Positions 46,741 through 56,804 are shown, numbered from the stretch's first letter. The stretch is 64,000 nucleotides of DNA from Clostridia bacterium (GCA_016293975.1 JAEDCW010000002.1:1038-65037); one strand, 5' to 3'. A program made the numbers and translations. Notes: generated from the letters alone by a model not told the origin.

Positions 46741-47559
46741 TTACTTGCCTGCGGCCTTATATACCTGAGAGGCATGTTCGACATCGGGAAGCGATCCCAC
46801 GTGAGACGAAGAGCCCTCAAAATACAGGCAGGAGTGCCCTTCACAGGCGTTATTTGACACAGTATCTGTGCCGTGAGGCTCGCCCTGCAGGGAAGCGGCG
46901 ATAAGCCTTGAACCAAGTTTAATGCAGACAGGTCTTTTGGAATAGTTGAATTCGCCGCCAAAAAGCTCTTTGTATATCCCTGAGCCTTCGGCAGTTACAC
47001 ATTCCATCTCGGCGTGGTTTTCGCCGCCGGTAAATATCATGTTGAACTCTGTACCGGTATAGCAGTCGACAATCGTGTATACACTCCCGACAACAAGCTG
47101 TGACTTAATGTTCACCCAAGACACGAGTTCTCCTATTACACTGAGCTGAGATTGGGTCGAACCGAAGGGTATGTCGACAGTAATATCTGCGCGGTTTGCT
47201 CTGTTTGAAAACAATATCGCCAATGACTGCGGACCTATTGCACCGTCTGTGTATATCGGATTTCCGTTGGAGTCGGTCTGCTTCTTTTGAAATTCGATAG
47301 CTGAATCTACAGTCATGCTCTGAAAGCTTCCCGTGGGCTTATACATGAAAAAGCCGAGGTCGCGCATTCTTATTTGGATTCTCACCACAGCTTCACCGAC
47401 AGACTTATACTGATAGACTACGGATGACGAACCGCTTGTACCCGCTGGGGTAGGCGAAAGCTCGGGCGACGGGGTAGGCTCCGCCAGAGAAGGATTCACG
47501 AACGTACCCATGCCAAACACGAGCAATACAATTAACAAAAGAGTTAGCGTTCTTTTCAT
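46741..47559 (-). CDS. secreted protein with a PG_binding_1 peptidoglycan-binding domain and an uncharacterised C-terminal domain
   Basis: Signal peptide (..FVNPSLA/EP) and a low-complexity P/S/T linker. The PG-binding repeat is GEAVVRIQIRMRDLGFF....DSAIEFQKKQ....DGAIGPQSL. The C-terminal ~165 aa were not recognised. Confidence 0.65.
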   Translation of the reverse strand: MKRTLTLLLIVLLVFGMGTFVNPSLAEPTPSPELSPTPAGTSGSSSVVYQYKSVGEAVVRIQIRMRDLGFFMYKPTGSFQSMTVDSAIEFQKKQTDSNGNPIYTDGAIGPQSLAILFSNRANRADITVDIPFGSTQSQLSVIGELVSWVNIKSQLVVGSVYTIVDCYTGTEFNMIFTGGENHAEMECVTAEGSGIYKELFGGEFNYSKRPVCIKLGSRLIAASLQGEPHGTDTVSNNACEGHSCLYFEGSSSHVGSLPDVEHASQVYKAAGK

Positions 47560-47596
47560 AACAGCACCGACATTTTTTCTTTATGATAGCAAAAGA

Positions 47597-47625
47597 GTGC
47601 AACAAGTGCAATAGCGTGCTATAAT
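47597..47625 (+). promoter_or_regulatory. candidate promoter for the small Cys-rich gene
   Basis: GTGCAA (47597-47602), 17 nt spacer, TATAAT (47620-47625), preceded by TGC. GTGC(AA) is repeated three times across the spacer. Confidence 0.4.
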
Positions 47626-47655
47626 TCACTGAATAAGCTTGAGGGAGAAAACGGT

Positions 47656-47901
47656 ATGCGCTGTAGTTGTAAGCTTTGCGGAACATATATGGTACAGGAG
47701 GAGAGGGGCTTAAGCAGTTGCTGTATATGCCCGGACTGCGGAAACCGATGCAACTCATGTGTCAGCGCCGATGAAGCGCCTCGTTCCGTGGAAAAACTCA
47801 AAGCGATGAGGATAATAGTGTCGGATGATATTGTGCAAGCTAACGACAGTATAACTGAGGATGATTCGGAAGAACCCATGGATTGGATCAAGCTTCTATA
47901 G
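47656..47901 (+). CDS. small Cys-rich (zinc-ribbon-like) protein with an acidic tail; possible Gin/CsfB-like anti-sigma-G factor
   Basis: 81 aa. The motif CKLCG-x15-CPDCG, plus extra Cys residues, is followed by ..VEKLKAM.. and an acidic C-terminus. GAGGGAG lies upstream of the ATG. The functional call is speculative. Confidence 0.5.
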   Translation: MRCSCKLCGTYMVQEERGLSSCCICPDCGNRCNSCVSADEAPRSVEKLKAMRIIVSDDIVQANDSITEDDSEEPMDWIKLL

Positions 47902-47903
47902 AA

Positions 47904-47933
47904 TTGAAATGGGGCATTTATCCATGGTATAAT
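47904..47933 (+). promoter_or_regulatory. sigma-A-type promoter (extended -10) for trxB-glmM
   Basis: TTGAAA (47904-47909), 18 nt spacer, TGGTATAAT ending at 47933. Confidence 0.5.
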
Positions 47934-47960
47934 GTTAAACAAAAATCGGAGATATAAATA

Positions 47961-48869
47961 GTGAAGGAAATAGTCATTATCGGCGGTGGTCCTGCGGGTC
48001 TGACGGCAGGAATATATGCTGTGCGTGGTGGGGCGGATACGTTGCTCTTGGAGGAGGCTTTCCCAGGCGGACAGATTGTAAATACAACGATGGTGGAGAA
48101 TTATCCGGGTTTTCCAGACGGAATAGACGGTATAGGGCTTGGGAATGCAATGCAGAAGCAGGCGGAAAAGCTCGGACTCAGCATCGTATATGATACGGTC
48201 ACGGGTGTCGAATTTACGCCCGAAAGGAAGCTAATACACACGACGGGAGAAACCATAGAAGCGAAAAAGGTGATTATCGCTACAGGGTCCAGCCCCAGAA
48301 AACTCGCCGTTGAAGGCGAAGAAAAGTTCACGGGTTGCGGAATTTCGTATTGCGCGGTGTGCGACGCGGCGTTTTATAGGAATGCGGTCGTTGCGGTAGC
48401 CGGAGGCGGCGATACGGCGCTTACAGATGCACTGCATCTAACCCGTTTTGCCAAAAAGGTCTATCTTATCCACCGGCGCGATAAATACAGGGCGGGTGAG
48501 GCTCTGCAGAAGAGAATCGCGCATAGCGATATAATCGAACCCATACTCAATTCAAAGGTAGTGGAAGTATTGGGCACGGATAAGGTCACAGGCGTAGTAG
48601 TTGAGAATACATTGACATCCGAACAGAAGACGCTTGAGCTCGATGGCGTGTTCGTAGCTGTAGGCACACAGCCTCGCAGTCAGGTGTTTGCCGATGAGGT
48701 AAAGTGCACCGATGAGGGCTATATCGAGACGGATGCACATATGATGACCTCGGTAGATGGTGTATATGCTGTAGGAGATATCAGAAACACAGTGTTGAGG
48801 CAAGTGATCACTGCGGCGGCAGATGGTGCGATAGCGGCAACGCATGCCGTAGAAATGTTGATGGGATGA
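47961..48869 (+). CDS. trxB: thioredoxin-disulfide reductase
   Basis: FAD motif IIGGGPAGLTAG, redox-active CAVCD, and NADPH motifs VAGGGDTA and HRRDKYR. The start codon is GTG. Confidence 0.9.
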   Translation: MKEIVIIGGGPAGLTAGIYAVRGGADTLLLEEAFPGGQIVNTTMVENYPGFPDGIDGIGLGNAMQKQAEKLGLSIVYDTVTGVEFTPERKLIHTTGETIEAKKVIIATGSSPRKLAVEGEEKFTGCGISYCAVCDAAFYRNAVVAVAGGGDTALTDALHLTRFAKKVYLIHRRDKYRAGEALQKRIAHSDIIEPILNSKVVEVLGTDKVTGVVVENTLTSEQKTLELDGVFVAVGTQPRSQVFADEVKCTDEGYIETDAHMMTSVDGVYAVGDIRNTVLRQVITAAADGAIAATHAVEMLMG

Positions 48870-48873
48870 GAAC

Positions 48874-50229
48874 ATGACAAGGATGTTTGGAACTGACGGA
48901 GTCAGAGGTATAGCAAATAGGGATTTGACAACGGAGCTTGCGATGAAGCTTGGCGCTGCAGGCGCATATGTGATAGCAAACGAGGCGCACAGACCGAGGA
49001 TACTGATCGGGTGCGATACGAGGCGTTCGGCGGATATGCTGTGTGCGGCGCTCGTTGCTGGTATCTGCTCTGTAGGCGGAGACGTCATAAACGTAGGCGA
49101 GATTCCCACGCCTGCTTTGGCGTATCTAGTGCGTAAATACGGTGCGGATGCGGCCGTAATGGTCAGCGCATCTCACAATTCGATGGAGTATAACGGCATA
49201 AAGTGGTTTGACCGCAATGGATACAAGCTCTCTGACAGCATTGAGGACGAGATCGAGGCCATAATCAAAGAGGAAAGACAGCTCACAAGGCCTGAGGGCG
49301 AGGACGTAGGCAAGCTCATTTTCGCAAAGCGCGCATCGGACGATTATGCGGAATATCTCAGATCTGCTTGCGATGTATCGCTCGAAGGGCTGTCGATAGT
49401 GTTGGACTGCGCAAACGGCGCCTCGTATAGAATCGCGGGAAAGCTTTTTAGGTCGCTTGGCGCATCGGTTCACTGCTTTGCCGATGAACCTAACGGCTGT
49501 AACATAAACGAGCATTGCGGCTCGACACATCCGGAAAGGCTCGCGGAGCTCGTTCAGGAGCTCGGTGCGGATGTGGGATTTGCGTTTGACGGTGACGCGG
49601 ATAGAGTTATCGCCTGTGACGAATTTGGCAATATTGTCGACGGAGATAAGTTCATGGGTGTATGCGCGAAACACTTAAAGAGTGAGGGAAAGCTCGCCTC
49701 GGATACGCTTGTGATAACCGTCATGTCAAATATAGGACTAAAAAAAGCTATGGCAGAAAGCGGCATAACGTGTGCTGAAACAGCTGTAGGTGACAGATAT
49801 GTGCTCGAACGCATGCTAAAGGATGGTTATTCGCTTGGCGGTGAACAGTCGGGCCACATAATTTTCCTCGATAAGAATACGACGGGTGACGGTATGCTTT
49901 CCGCGGTAATGCTACTGAATGTGCTTGTAAAGAACAAAAAGACTATGTCACAATTGATGAGTGCAATACTGACATATCCTCAGACCCTCGTCAACGTGCT
50001 TGTGGACACGAAATCTCAGACGCTTATAATGGACGATGAGGACGTAAAGAAGGCGGTTGCCGATATTTCCAATGAGCTGGCGGATAACGGAAGAGTGTTG
50101 CTGAGAAAGTCAGGCACAGAGCCGCTTATCAGGGTAATGGTCGAAGGAAACGATCAGAACCGCATTGAGAGCTACGCGATCTCTATTGCAAAGAAGATTA
50201 TATCCAAGTACGGGGGAAGGATTAAATAG
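48874..50229 (+). CDS. glmM: phosphoglucosamine mutase
   Basis: Contains MFGTDGVRG, the phosphoserine loop SASHNSMEYNGIK, the metal loop FDGDADR and GGEQSGH. Confidence 0.93.
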   Translation: MTRMFGTDGVRGIANRDLTTELAMKLGAAGAYVIANEAHRPRILIGCDTRRSADMLCAALVAGICSVGGDVINVGEIPTPALAYLVRKYGADAAVMVSASHNSMEYNGIKWFDRNGYKLSDSIEDEIEAIIKEERQLTRPEGEDVGKLIFAKRASDDYAEYLRSACDVSLEGLSIVLDCANGASYRIAGKLFRSLGASVHCFADEPNGCNINEHCGSTHPERLAELVQELGADVGFAFDGDADRVIACDEFGNIVDGDKFMGVCAKHLKSEGKLASDTLVITVMSNIGLKKAMAESGITCAETAVGDRYVLERMLKDGYSLGGEQSGHIIFLDKNTTGDGMLSAVMLLNVLVKNKKTMSQLMSAILTYPQTLVNVLVDTKSQTLIMDDEDVKKAVADISNELADNGRVLLRKSGTEPLIRVMVEGNDQNRIESYAISIAKKIISKYGGRIK

Positions 50230-50232
50230 CCT

Positions 50233-52035
50233 ATGGCATACAGTGAGGAACTGATCAGAAACTTTTGCATTATAGCCCATATAGATCACGGCAAATCGAC
50301 GCTTGCCGACAGGATGATGGAGCTTACGGGAACCATAGCCGAAAGAGATATGGAAGACCAGCTTCTCGACACGATGGATATAGAACGCGAGAGGGGAATA
50401 ACGATAAAAGCGACTGCTGTGAGGATGTTCTATAAGCATTCAAACGGCAAGACATATATGTTTAACCTCATAGACACTCCCGGTCACGTTGACTTTACAT
50501 ATGAGGTTTCAAGAAGCCTCGCCGCATGTGACGGCGCTATACTTGTAGTTGATGCAACGCAGGGAATAGAGGCACAGACGCTTGCGAACGTGTACCTCGC
50601 TCTCGATAACGACCTCGAAATAATGCCGGTAGTAAACAAAATAGACCTTCCGAGCGCGCAACCCGAGGTGGTCATACACGAGATTGAGGATGTAATAGGT
50701 CTGCCTGCGGAGGATGCACCGAGAATTTCAGCGAAGCTGGGTACGGGCGTATCGGAAGTACTTGAAAGACTTGTCGACACAATACCTGCACCACACGGAG
50801 ACGTCGATGCACCGCTCAAGGCGCTTATATTCGACAGCTATTATGACAACTACAAGGGAGCGCTTAGCTATGTTAGAGTGTTTGACGGAGTCGTTCGTGC
50901 AGGCTCACGGATACGCTCAATGGCAACGGGCAAAGAGTATGACGTAACTGAAGTAGGCGTATTTACGCCTTCGCTAAAGTCTACGGACGAGCTGTCTGCC
51001 GGAGAGGTAGGCTATATCGCAGCATCGATAAAGAGCGTAAGGGATACCAAGGTCGGTGATACTTTGACAGATGCTCTCAACCCGACTGTCAAACCGCTTC
51101 CCGGTTATAAACACGCTCAGCCGATGGTCTATTGCGGTATTTATCCAGCAGACGGAGCGGAATACGAGGATCTCAGAGACGCGCTTGAAAAGCTTATGCT
51201 CAACGATGCATCGCTGTCGTTTGAACCCGAGACATCGCAGGCATTGGGCTTCGGTTTCAGATGCGGATTCTTGGGACTGTTGCACATGGAAATCATACAG
51301 GAGAGACTCGAAAGGGAGTTCGACCTCGATTTGGTAACGACATCTCCGAGCGTAGTTTACAGGGTTACTACAACTGCCGGTGAGGTGCTCACGATTGACA
51401 ACCCATCGAATCTTCCCAATCCAGCGATGATTGCGAGCATGGAAGAACCCATGGTAGAGGCGCACATAATGGTTCCGGACGAGTTCGTAGGTGCGATTAT
51501 GGACCTCTGTCAGAGCAGACGAGGCATTTTCAGGAATATGACCTATATCGAGAAGACGAGAGCGAGCCTTACTTATGAACTGCCTCTAAACGAGATTATC
51601 TACGACTTCTTTGACCAGCTCAAGTCGAGGAGCAGAGGTTATGCATCGTTTGACTATGAGTTGAAAGAATACGTCAAATCGGACTTGGTGAAGCTCGACT
51701 TCCTGCTCAACGGGGATATGTGTGACGCATTGTCGACGATTGTGCATGCGGAGCGCGCATATGCAAAGGGAAGGGCAGTAGCCGAAAAGCTCAAGGACGT
51801 AATTCCAAGACAGCAGTTTGAGATCCCGATACAGGCAGCTATAGGCGGAAAGATAATCGCGCGTGAGACAGTGCGTGCCGTCAGAAAGGATGTTCTCGCA
51901 AAGTGCTACGGCGGTGATATTACGAGAAAGAAGAAACTGCTTGAAAAGCAGAAAGAGGGCAAAAAGCGAATGAGGCAGATAGGTTCTGTAACATTGCCCA
52001 GTGAAGCCTTCATGAGTGTCCTCAGAATCAACTGA
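50233..52035 (+). CDS. lepA: translation elongation factor 4 (LepA)
   Basis: G-domain motifs [23 protein letters not shown] and NKID, plus the LepA C-terminal domain ..[24 protein letters not shown]... Confidence 0.95.
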   Translation: MAYSEELIRNFCIIAHIDHGKSTLADRMMELTGTIAERDMEDQLLDTMDIERERGITIKATAVRMFYKHSNGKTYMFNLIDTPGHVDFTYEVSRSLAACDGAILVVDATQGIEAQTLANVYLALDNDLEIMPVVNKIDLPSAQPEVVIHEIEDVIGLPAEDAPRISAKLGTGVSEVLERLVDTIPAPHGDVDAPLKALIFDSYYDNYKGALSYVRVFDGVVRAGSRIRSMATGKEYDVTEVGVFTPSLKSTDELSAGEVGYIAASIKSVRDTKVGDTLTDALNPTVKPLPGYKHAQPMVYCGIYPADGAEYEDLRDALEKLMLNDASLSFEPETSQALGFGFRCGFLGLLHMEIIQERLEREFDLDLVTTSPSVVYRVTTTAGEVLTIDNPSNLPNPAMIASMEEPMVEAHIMVPDEFVGAIMDLCQSRRGIFRNMTYIEKTRASLTYELPLNEIIYDFFDQLKSRSRGYASFDYELKEYVKSDLVKLDFLLNGDMCDALSTIVHAERAYAKGRAVAEKLKDVIPRQQFEIPIQAAIGGKIIARETVRAVRKDVLAKCYGGDITRKKKLLEKQKEGKKRMRQIGSVTLPSEAFMSVLRIN

Positions 52036-53195
52036 TGGCAGGAATCTATATACACATACCATATTGTCAGAGGAAATGCGCCTATTGTGACTTTGTTTCG
52101 TATGCGGATCAAAGTACCTTGGGCGCTTATGTCGATGCGGTCAAAAGCGAGGCAGAGTTGTATTCCCAAATGCTTGCATGGAAGCGATTTGATACGGTGT
52201 TCATAGGTGGCGGTACACCGAGCATACTACCTGCAGAATCGATTGCAGCTATCTTAGATGCTGTAAGGCGCTCGTTTAATGTAGCAGAATCCGCAGAGAT
52301 AACTATAGAATGCAACCCGTGTAGCATAACGGATGAAAAGCTTGCCGCCTATTATGACTGTAGCATTAACCGGATATCCGTGGGTATGCAGTCGGATGAC
52401 GATGCAGTACTCAAGGCAATCGGAAGACTGCACACTAAAGCGGTGTTTGAGCAAGCGATGAATTCGATAGCAAAGTCAAGCATAGTTAACCGCAATGTCG
52501 ATATAATGTATGGTTTACCGCTTCAGACGACAGGAGGCTTCATTAGGACGCTTAAATATGCGGTGAGTCTCCCGATAAATCACATATCGGCATACTCGCT
52601 CATACTTGAGGAGGGCACACCTCTGTTTGACAGGCTCAATTCTGACCAAACGGAATTGCCGAGCGAGGACGATTGCGCGGATATGGAGGAGGAGTGCCAT
52701 AGAATACTCTGTGATGTGGGATTTACAAGATACGAGGTCTCCAATTATGCCAAGCCAGGCTATCAATGCAGACACAACTTGAATTATTGGGATAACGGGG
52801 AGTACATAGGGTTAGGTGTAGCCGCACACTCTGCGATAAGAGCAGAAAAGCAATGGACGAGGTTTTCAAATTTCACCGATGTGAAAGCATATATCGACAG
52901 GGTAACAATGGGGATTGTTCCGTGCAAAAACGTAATGACGATAGATAAGCGCGAGGAGATGTTCGAGTCTATTATGCTGGGTTTGAGGAAAACAGACGGC
53001 ATAAGGATGGATGATTTTTCCAAACGATTTGGTGTCGATATAATGGATGAGTACAGGGAGGTAATTGCCAAGTTTGTTTATGATAAACTCTTATACTGTC
53101 GAGAAAACAAGCTCTTTTGTTCACCGCGCGGAATGAGTGTGTTAAACATAATAACGGAAGCATTTTATGAACACATGACTGCTACAGAGCCTTGA
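52035..53195 (+). CDS. hemW: radical SAM family heme chaperone HemW (oxygen-independent coproporphyrinogen oxidase-like)
   Basis: Contains the CxxxCxxC motif YIHIPYCQRKCAYCDF. The start overlaps the lepA stop (TGATG), and lepA-hemW synteny matches Bacillus. Confidence 0.85.
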   Translation: MAGIYIHIPYCQRKCAYCDFVSYADQSTLGAYVDAVKSEAELYSQMLAWKRFDTVFIGGGTPSILPAESIAAILDAVRRSFNVAESAEITIECNPCSITDEKLAAYYDCSINRISVGMQSDDDAVLKAIGRLHTKAVFEQAMNSIAKSSIVNRNVDIMYGLPLQTTGGFIRTLKYAVSLPINHISAYSLILEEGTPLFDRLNSDQTELPSEDDCADMEEECHRILCDVGFTRYEVSNYAKPGYQCRHNLNYWDNGEYIGLGVAAHSAIRAEKQWTRFSNFTDVKAYIDRVTMGIVPCKNVMTIDKREEMFESIMLGLRKTDGIRMDDFSKRFGVDIMDEYREVIAKFVYDKLLYCRENKLFCSPRGMSVLNIITEAFYEHMTATEP

Positions 53196-53220
53196 CGTAC
53201 CCAATGTGATATGTTATATT
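53192..53220 (+). promoter_or_regulatory. sigma-A-type promoter for the YbjN-like gene
   Basis: TTGACG (53192-53197), 17 nt spacer, TATATT (53215-53220). Confidence 0.5.
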
Positions 53221-53250
53221 GTCTTAACAAAATTATGGAGGTAGCTATAT

Positions 53251-53709
53251 ATGAACAGACTGCTTAAGTATTGCAAGGCGTACTGCGATTCACAGGGATG
53301 GAAGTACACTTTGAATGAAGACGAAGAATACATTCGCCTCCAGATGAGCATGGAAGAGGTTGATCACGTTACGATTTTTATCCGTGCAAGAGAAAACTCA
53401 TTTACGACAAACACCTATTTCCCGATTAATGCGGCAGCCGCAAAGCGCGATGCTATAAGCGAGTTCATATGTCGTGCTAACTACGGACTGGTTATCGGTT
53501 GCTTTGAGATGGATTATACCGACGGTGAAATCAGGTACAGGACAACAGGTTGCTTCAAGAACATCGATCCTAACCTTGATAGCATCGAGACATTGGTAGA
53601 TATGGGATTCCTCATGTTCAACCGCTACACTCCCGGATTGATGGGGGTTCTCTATGGCGGAATGGATCCCAAGAACGCTGTTGATATGTGCGAGAAGAGC
53701 AACGACTAA
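53251..53709 (+). CDS. YbjN-like domain protein (hypothetical)
   Basis: 152 aa and soluble. The pattern (..IRLQMS...VTIFIRAREN.F....FPIN...R.A..EFI.RANYGL..G.FE.D..DGEIRY..) resembles the YbjN/T3SS-chaperone-like family from memory. This assignment is weak. Confidence 0.45.
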   Translation: MNRLLKYCKAYCDSQGWKYTLNEDEEYIRLQMSMEEVDHVTIFIRARENSFTTNTYFPINAAAAKRDAISEFICRANYGLVIGCFEMDYTDGEIRYRTTGCFKNIDPNLDSIETLVDMGFLMFNRYTPGLMGVLYGGMDPKNAVDMCEKSND

Positions 53710-53727
53710 GGCGACTGAATGAGGCAT

Positions 53728-53756
53728 AAAAATGACCGCTTGCGGTCATTTTTTTG
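53728..53756. terminator. bidirectional terminator overlapping the ygiQ stop codon
   Basis: AAAAATGACCG-cttg-CGGTCATTTTTTT. Confidence 0.7.
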
Positions 53757-55653
53757 TGCTGTGCTGTTTAGACTTTTTGCTTATAGGTGTCTGCTTGCCT
53801 GTCGTTCTGCTCGGGCGTGAGTTCCGCTCATTTGGCTTTGCGTTTGCTTTATCGGGTTTCTTAGGTTGCCTTACATACGGAGGTATGAGTGCGTTTTTGC
53901 CGAATCCTATAAGGTCATCACGCCCTGCGGTACGCAACGCCTCAGAGACAAGCTTATAATTCTGAGGAAAATAATACTGTATCAATGCCCTCTGAAGTGC
54001 CTTTTCGTGAGCAGACCGCGGCACATAGACAACTTTCATTGTCTTTGGATCGAGCCCGGTATAATACATACAGGTCGATGAGGTGCTCGGCGTAGGATAA
54101 AAGTCCTGTACCTGTTCGATATGCAGATTATGTGACTTAAGGTATTGCGCAAGCTCTATAGCCGCATTTAAGTCACTGCCGGGGTGCGACGACATGAGAT
54201 AAGGCACGATATACTGATTCATGCCGAGGGACTTGTTGAGCGCAAGATACTTCTGTACGAATCTCTCATCCAGCTCGGAGGAGGGCTTATCCATGAGCTT
54301 TAGTACCTTGTCGGACACGTGCTCGGGAGCGACCTTAAGTTGCCCGCTGACGTGATACTTTATTATTTCACGCATGAAGGCGTCCGACTTGTCGTACATC
54401 GCATAGTCGTAACGGATACCTGAGCGGATGAATACCTTTTTGACACCGCTTATTTTTCGGAGCTTTCTTAGAAGCTCGATATAGTCGCTGTGGTCTACAA
54501 CCAAGTTACGGCAAGGAGAGAATCCAAGACAGCTCTTATCGGGACATACGCCGTATATAGACTGCTTGTCGCAGGCATTTCTTCTGAAGTTTGCCGTAGG
54601 TCCTCCCACGTCGTGTATGTAACCCTTGAAGCCGTCGATTTTAGTCAACAGTTTGGCCTCGTTTACTAACGATTCGTGACTGCGTGAGGATATCATCTTG
54701 CCTTGATGCATGGTAAGGGCGCAGAATGTACAGCCTCCAAAACAACCCCTGCAGGAAGTGAGCGAAAACTGTATCTCGTCGATTGCGGGTATGTGTTTCT
54801 TATAGCGCGGGTGGGGGAGGCGCATATACGGCAGGTCATAAACTGCGTCGAGTTCCTCTGTGGAAAGGGGCGCGGCGGGCTTATTCTGAAGCACATAGAC
54901 CTTGCCGTGCTTCTGTGCCAGAGTTTTGCCACGAACAGAGTCCTGTTCCCTCTGCTGTATTGCAAATGTTTCTGCGTATTTACGCTTGTCTGCACGAACG
55001 ATATCCACACCAGGCAGTTCTATGCGGTCGATGTCATCTATATTCGATACAGACACACAAGTTCCGCGTACATCCTTGATATCGTCAATGTGCTCACCGT
55101 TTGCGAGCCTGTCTGCGATTTCAACGATTGCGCGTTCACCCATGCTGTAGACGAGTATATCGGCGCCCGAGTCTATAAGAATGCTGTTTTTCACAGAATC
55201 CGACCAATAATCGTAGTGGGCGAACCTGCGAAGGCTTGCTTCTATGCCGCCGATTATTACAGGGACTCGCTTAAAGGCCTGCTTTATACGGTTGCAGTAC
55301 ACAATGGTCGCCCTGTCGGGACGCTTGCCTGCGACTCCACCCTCAGTGTAGGCATCATCACTCCTGCGCTTTTTTGCCGAGGTGTAGTGATTCACCATGG
55401 AATCTATGTTGCCTGCGGTAACGAGAAAAGCGAGTCTCGGCCTGCCAAACACTTCAAACTCTGCGGTTGAATCCCAGGCGGGCTGTGAGATGATTGCAAC
55501 GCTGTAGCCCCTGCTTTGAAGCACTCTTCCGATAATTGCCGCACCAAATGACGGGTGATCTACATAAGCGTCACCGGTGACAAGTATAAAATCCGGCTGT
55601 GATATGCCGAGGCGATTAAGCTCCTCGACAGACATCGGTAAAAAACCGGACAT
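53746..55653 (-). CDS. ygiQ: YgiQ-family radical SAM protein (UPF0313)
   Basis: N-terminal FLPMSVEEL..DFILVTGDAYVDHPSFG and radical SAM cluster SCRGCFGGCTFCAL, with a Lys-rich C-terminal tail. The start is placed at ATG 55653 (MSGFLPMS). The ORF track extends to TTG 55713. Confidence 0.85.
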   Translation of the reverse strand: MSGFLPMSVEELNRLGISQPDFILVTGDAYVDHPSFGAAIIGRVLQSRGYSVAIISQPAWDSTAEFEVFGRPRLAFLVTAGNIDSMVNHYTSAKKRRSDDAYTEGGVAGKRPDRATIVYCNRIKQAFKRVPVIIGGIEASLRRFAHYDYWSDSVKNSILIDSGADILVYSMGERAIVEIADRLANGEHIDDIKDVRGTCVSVSNIDDIDRIELPGVDIVRADKRKYAETFAIQQREQDSVRGKTLAQKHGKVYVLQNKPAAPLSTEELDAVYDLPYMRLPHPRYKKHIPAIDEIQFSLTSCRGCFGGCTFCALTMHQGKMISSRSHESLVNEAKLLTKIDGFKGYIHDVGGPTANFRRNACDKQSIYGVCPDKSCLGFSPCRNLVVDHSDYIELLRKLRKISGVKKVFIRSGIRYDYAMYDKSDAFMREIIKYHVSGQLKVAPEHVSDKVLKLMDKPSSELDERFVQKYLALNKSLGMNQYIVPYLMSSHPGSDLNAAIELAQYLKSHNLHIEQVQDFYPTPSTSSTCMYYTGLDPKTMKVVYVPRSAHEKALQRALIQYYFPQNYKLVSEALRTAGRDDLIGFGKNALIPPYVRQPKKPDKANAKPNERNSRPSRTTGKQTPISKKSKQHSTKK

Positions 55654-55724
55654 TTTTGAGTTCACATTAGCTTCCATACAGCTAACTGTACCGCAAAAGC
55701 ACGATGATTTCAATGAGGAAATAT

Positions 55725-55732
55725 GGTATAAT
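55725..55732 (+). promoter_or_regulatory. extended -10 element immediately upstream of the holA ATG (implies a leaderless mRNA)
   Basis: TGGTATAAT ends at 55732, and the A of the holA ATG is at 55740. No SD lies between them and the -35 is poor. Confidence 0.4.
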
Positions 55733-55739
55733 CAATTAA

Positions 55740-56804
55740 ATGGACTACAAGGAACTGTTCAGCCTAATAAAAGCTAACGAGCTATCGGGCGCATACGTGT
55801 TTCACGGCGAAGAGGAATTCACAAAGAACCGTGCGCTCGATGATTTGCGTGCGCTTATTGAGCCATCGTCAAGGAGCATGAACATACAGGAATACACCTC
55901 TGCAAATGCGGACGCCATAATTACAGCATGCAACACATATCCATTCCTGTCGGACTTAAGGCTCGTGATTGCAAAGAGCATGCCCGATGCCGATTCCGCG
56001 CGGCAGATTCTCGGTTTTTTGCCTCAAATGCCCCAAACTACTCTGCTTGTGTTTACGGTTAGGGGCAAGTACGAAACGAAGAAGCCTACGAGAAAGAAAT
56101 CTACACAGGCCGCTAAGGTTCAGAAGACCGAAAAACCGAGGGATACCGTGGATTTTTTTGCCGAGATGGAGAAAAGCGGCAGAGTATGCGAGTTTAACAG
56201 GCTTCCCGAAGCCGATTTGGTTAAGTGGATTGTCAGAGAGTGCTCTTCGTACAATGTGGGTATAGGCAAGAACGAAGCAATTACGATAGTAAACAGGGTA
56301 GGACACGACCTGACATCGCTTAGAAACGAGCTGCACAAAGCGATATTCTATGTCGGCGAGGGAAATGTGATAGGTATTGCCGCCATAAATCAATGCATAT
56401 CGCCCAATGTAGAGTACAGGGTATTTGATATGCTGGATTATTTCTTAAAAGGAAAACCCAAGGACGGTTTTGCCGCACTCGACGCCCTGTTTGAGAATAC
56501 GGCGGAGGTTGTAGGTGTATCGATGTATCTGGCAAAGCAGTTCAGGCTGATGCTGAGAGCTCGTGTGCTTATAGACAGAAGCGTGCCGAGGCAGAGGGCG
56601 GTCGAACAGCTCGGAGGTAATCCATATGCTACAGGCAAGGCTTACGATGCCGCAAAGCGCTTTGGCATAGCTGAGCTTACTGATGCGGCACAGGATTTTT
56701 CAAATCTGATGTATCTGCAGATAAGCGGGTACGCAAAGATTAACGATTTGATCAGCCGTGCGATAACAAAGCATCTGGTCGTGAAAGGAGATAATTGTGG
56801 ATAA
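55740..56804 (+). CDS. holA: DNA polymerase III delta subunit
   Basis: N-terminal ..LSGAYVFHGEEEF.. and overall delta-subunit architecture, with a Lys-rich insertion (KKPTRKKSTQAAKVQKTEKP). No SD is present and a -10 box lies just upstream. Confidence 0.75.
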   Translation: MDYKELFSLIKANELSGAYVFHGEEEFTKNRALDDLRALIEPSSRSMNIQEYTSANADAIITACNTYPFLSDLRLVIAKSMPDADSARQILGFLPQMPQTTLLVFTVRGKYETKKPTRKKSTQAAKVQKTEKPRDTVDFFAEMEKSGRVCEFNRLPEADLVKWIVRECSSYNVGIGKNEAITIVNRVGHDLTSLRNELHKAIFYVGEGNVIGIAAINQCISPNVEYRVFDMLDYFLKGKPKDGFAALDALFENTAEVVGVSMYLAKQFRLMLRARVLIDRSVPRQRAVEQLGGNPYATGKAYDAAKRFGIAELTDAAQDFSNLMYLQISGYAKINDLISRAITKHLVVKGDNCG

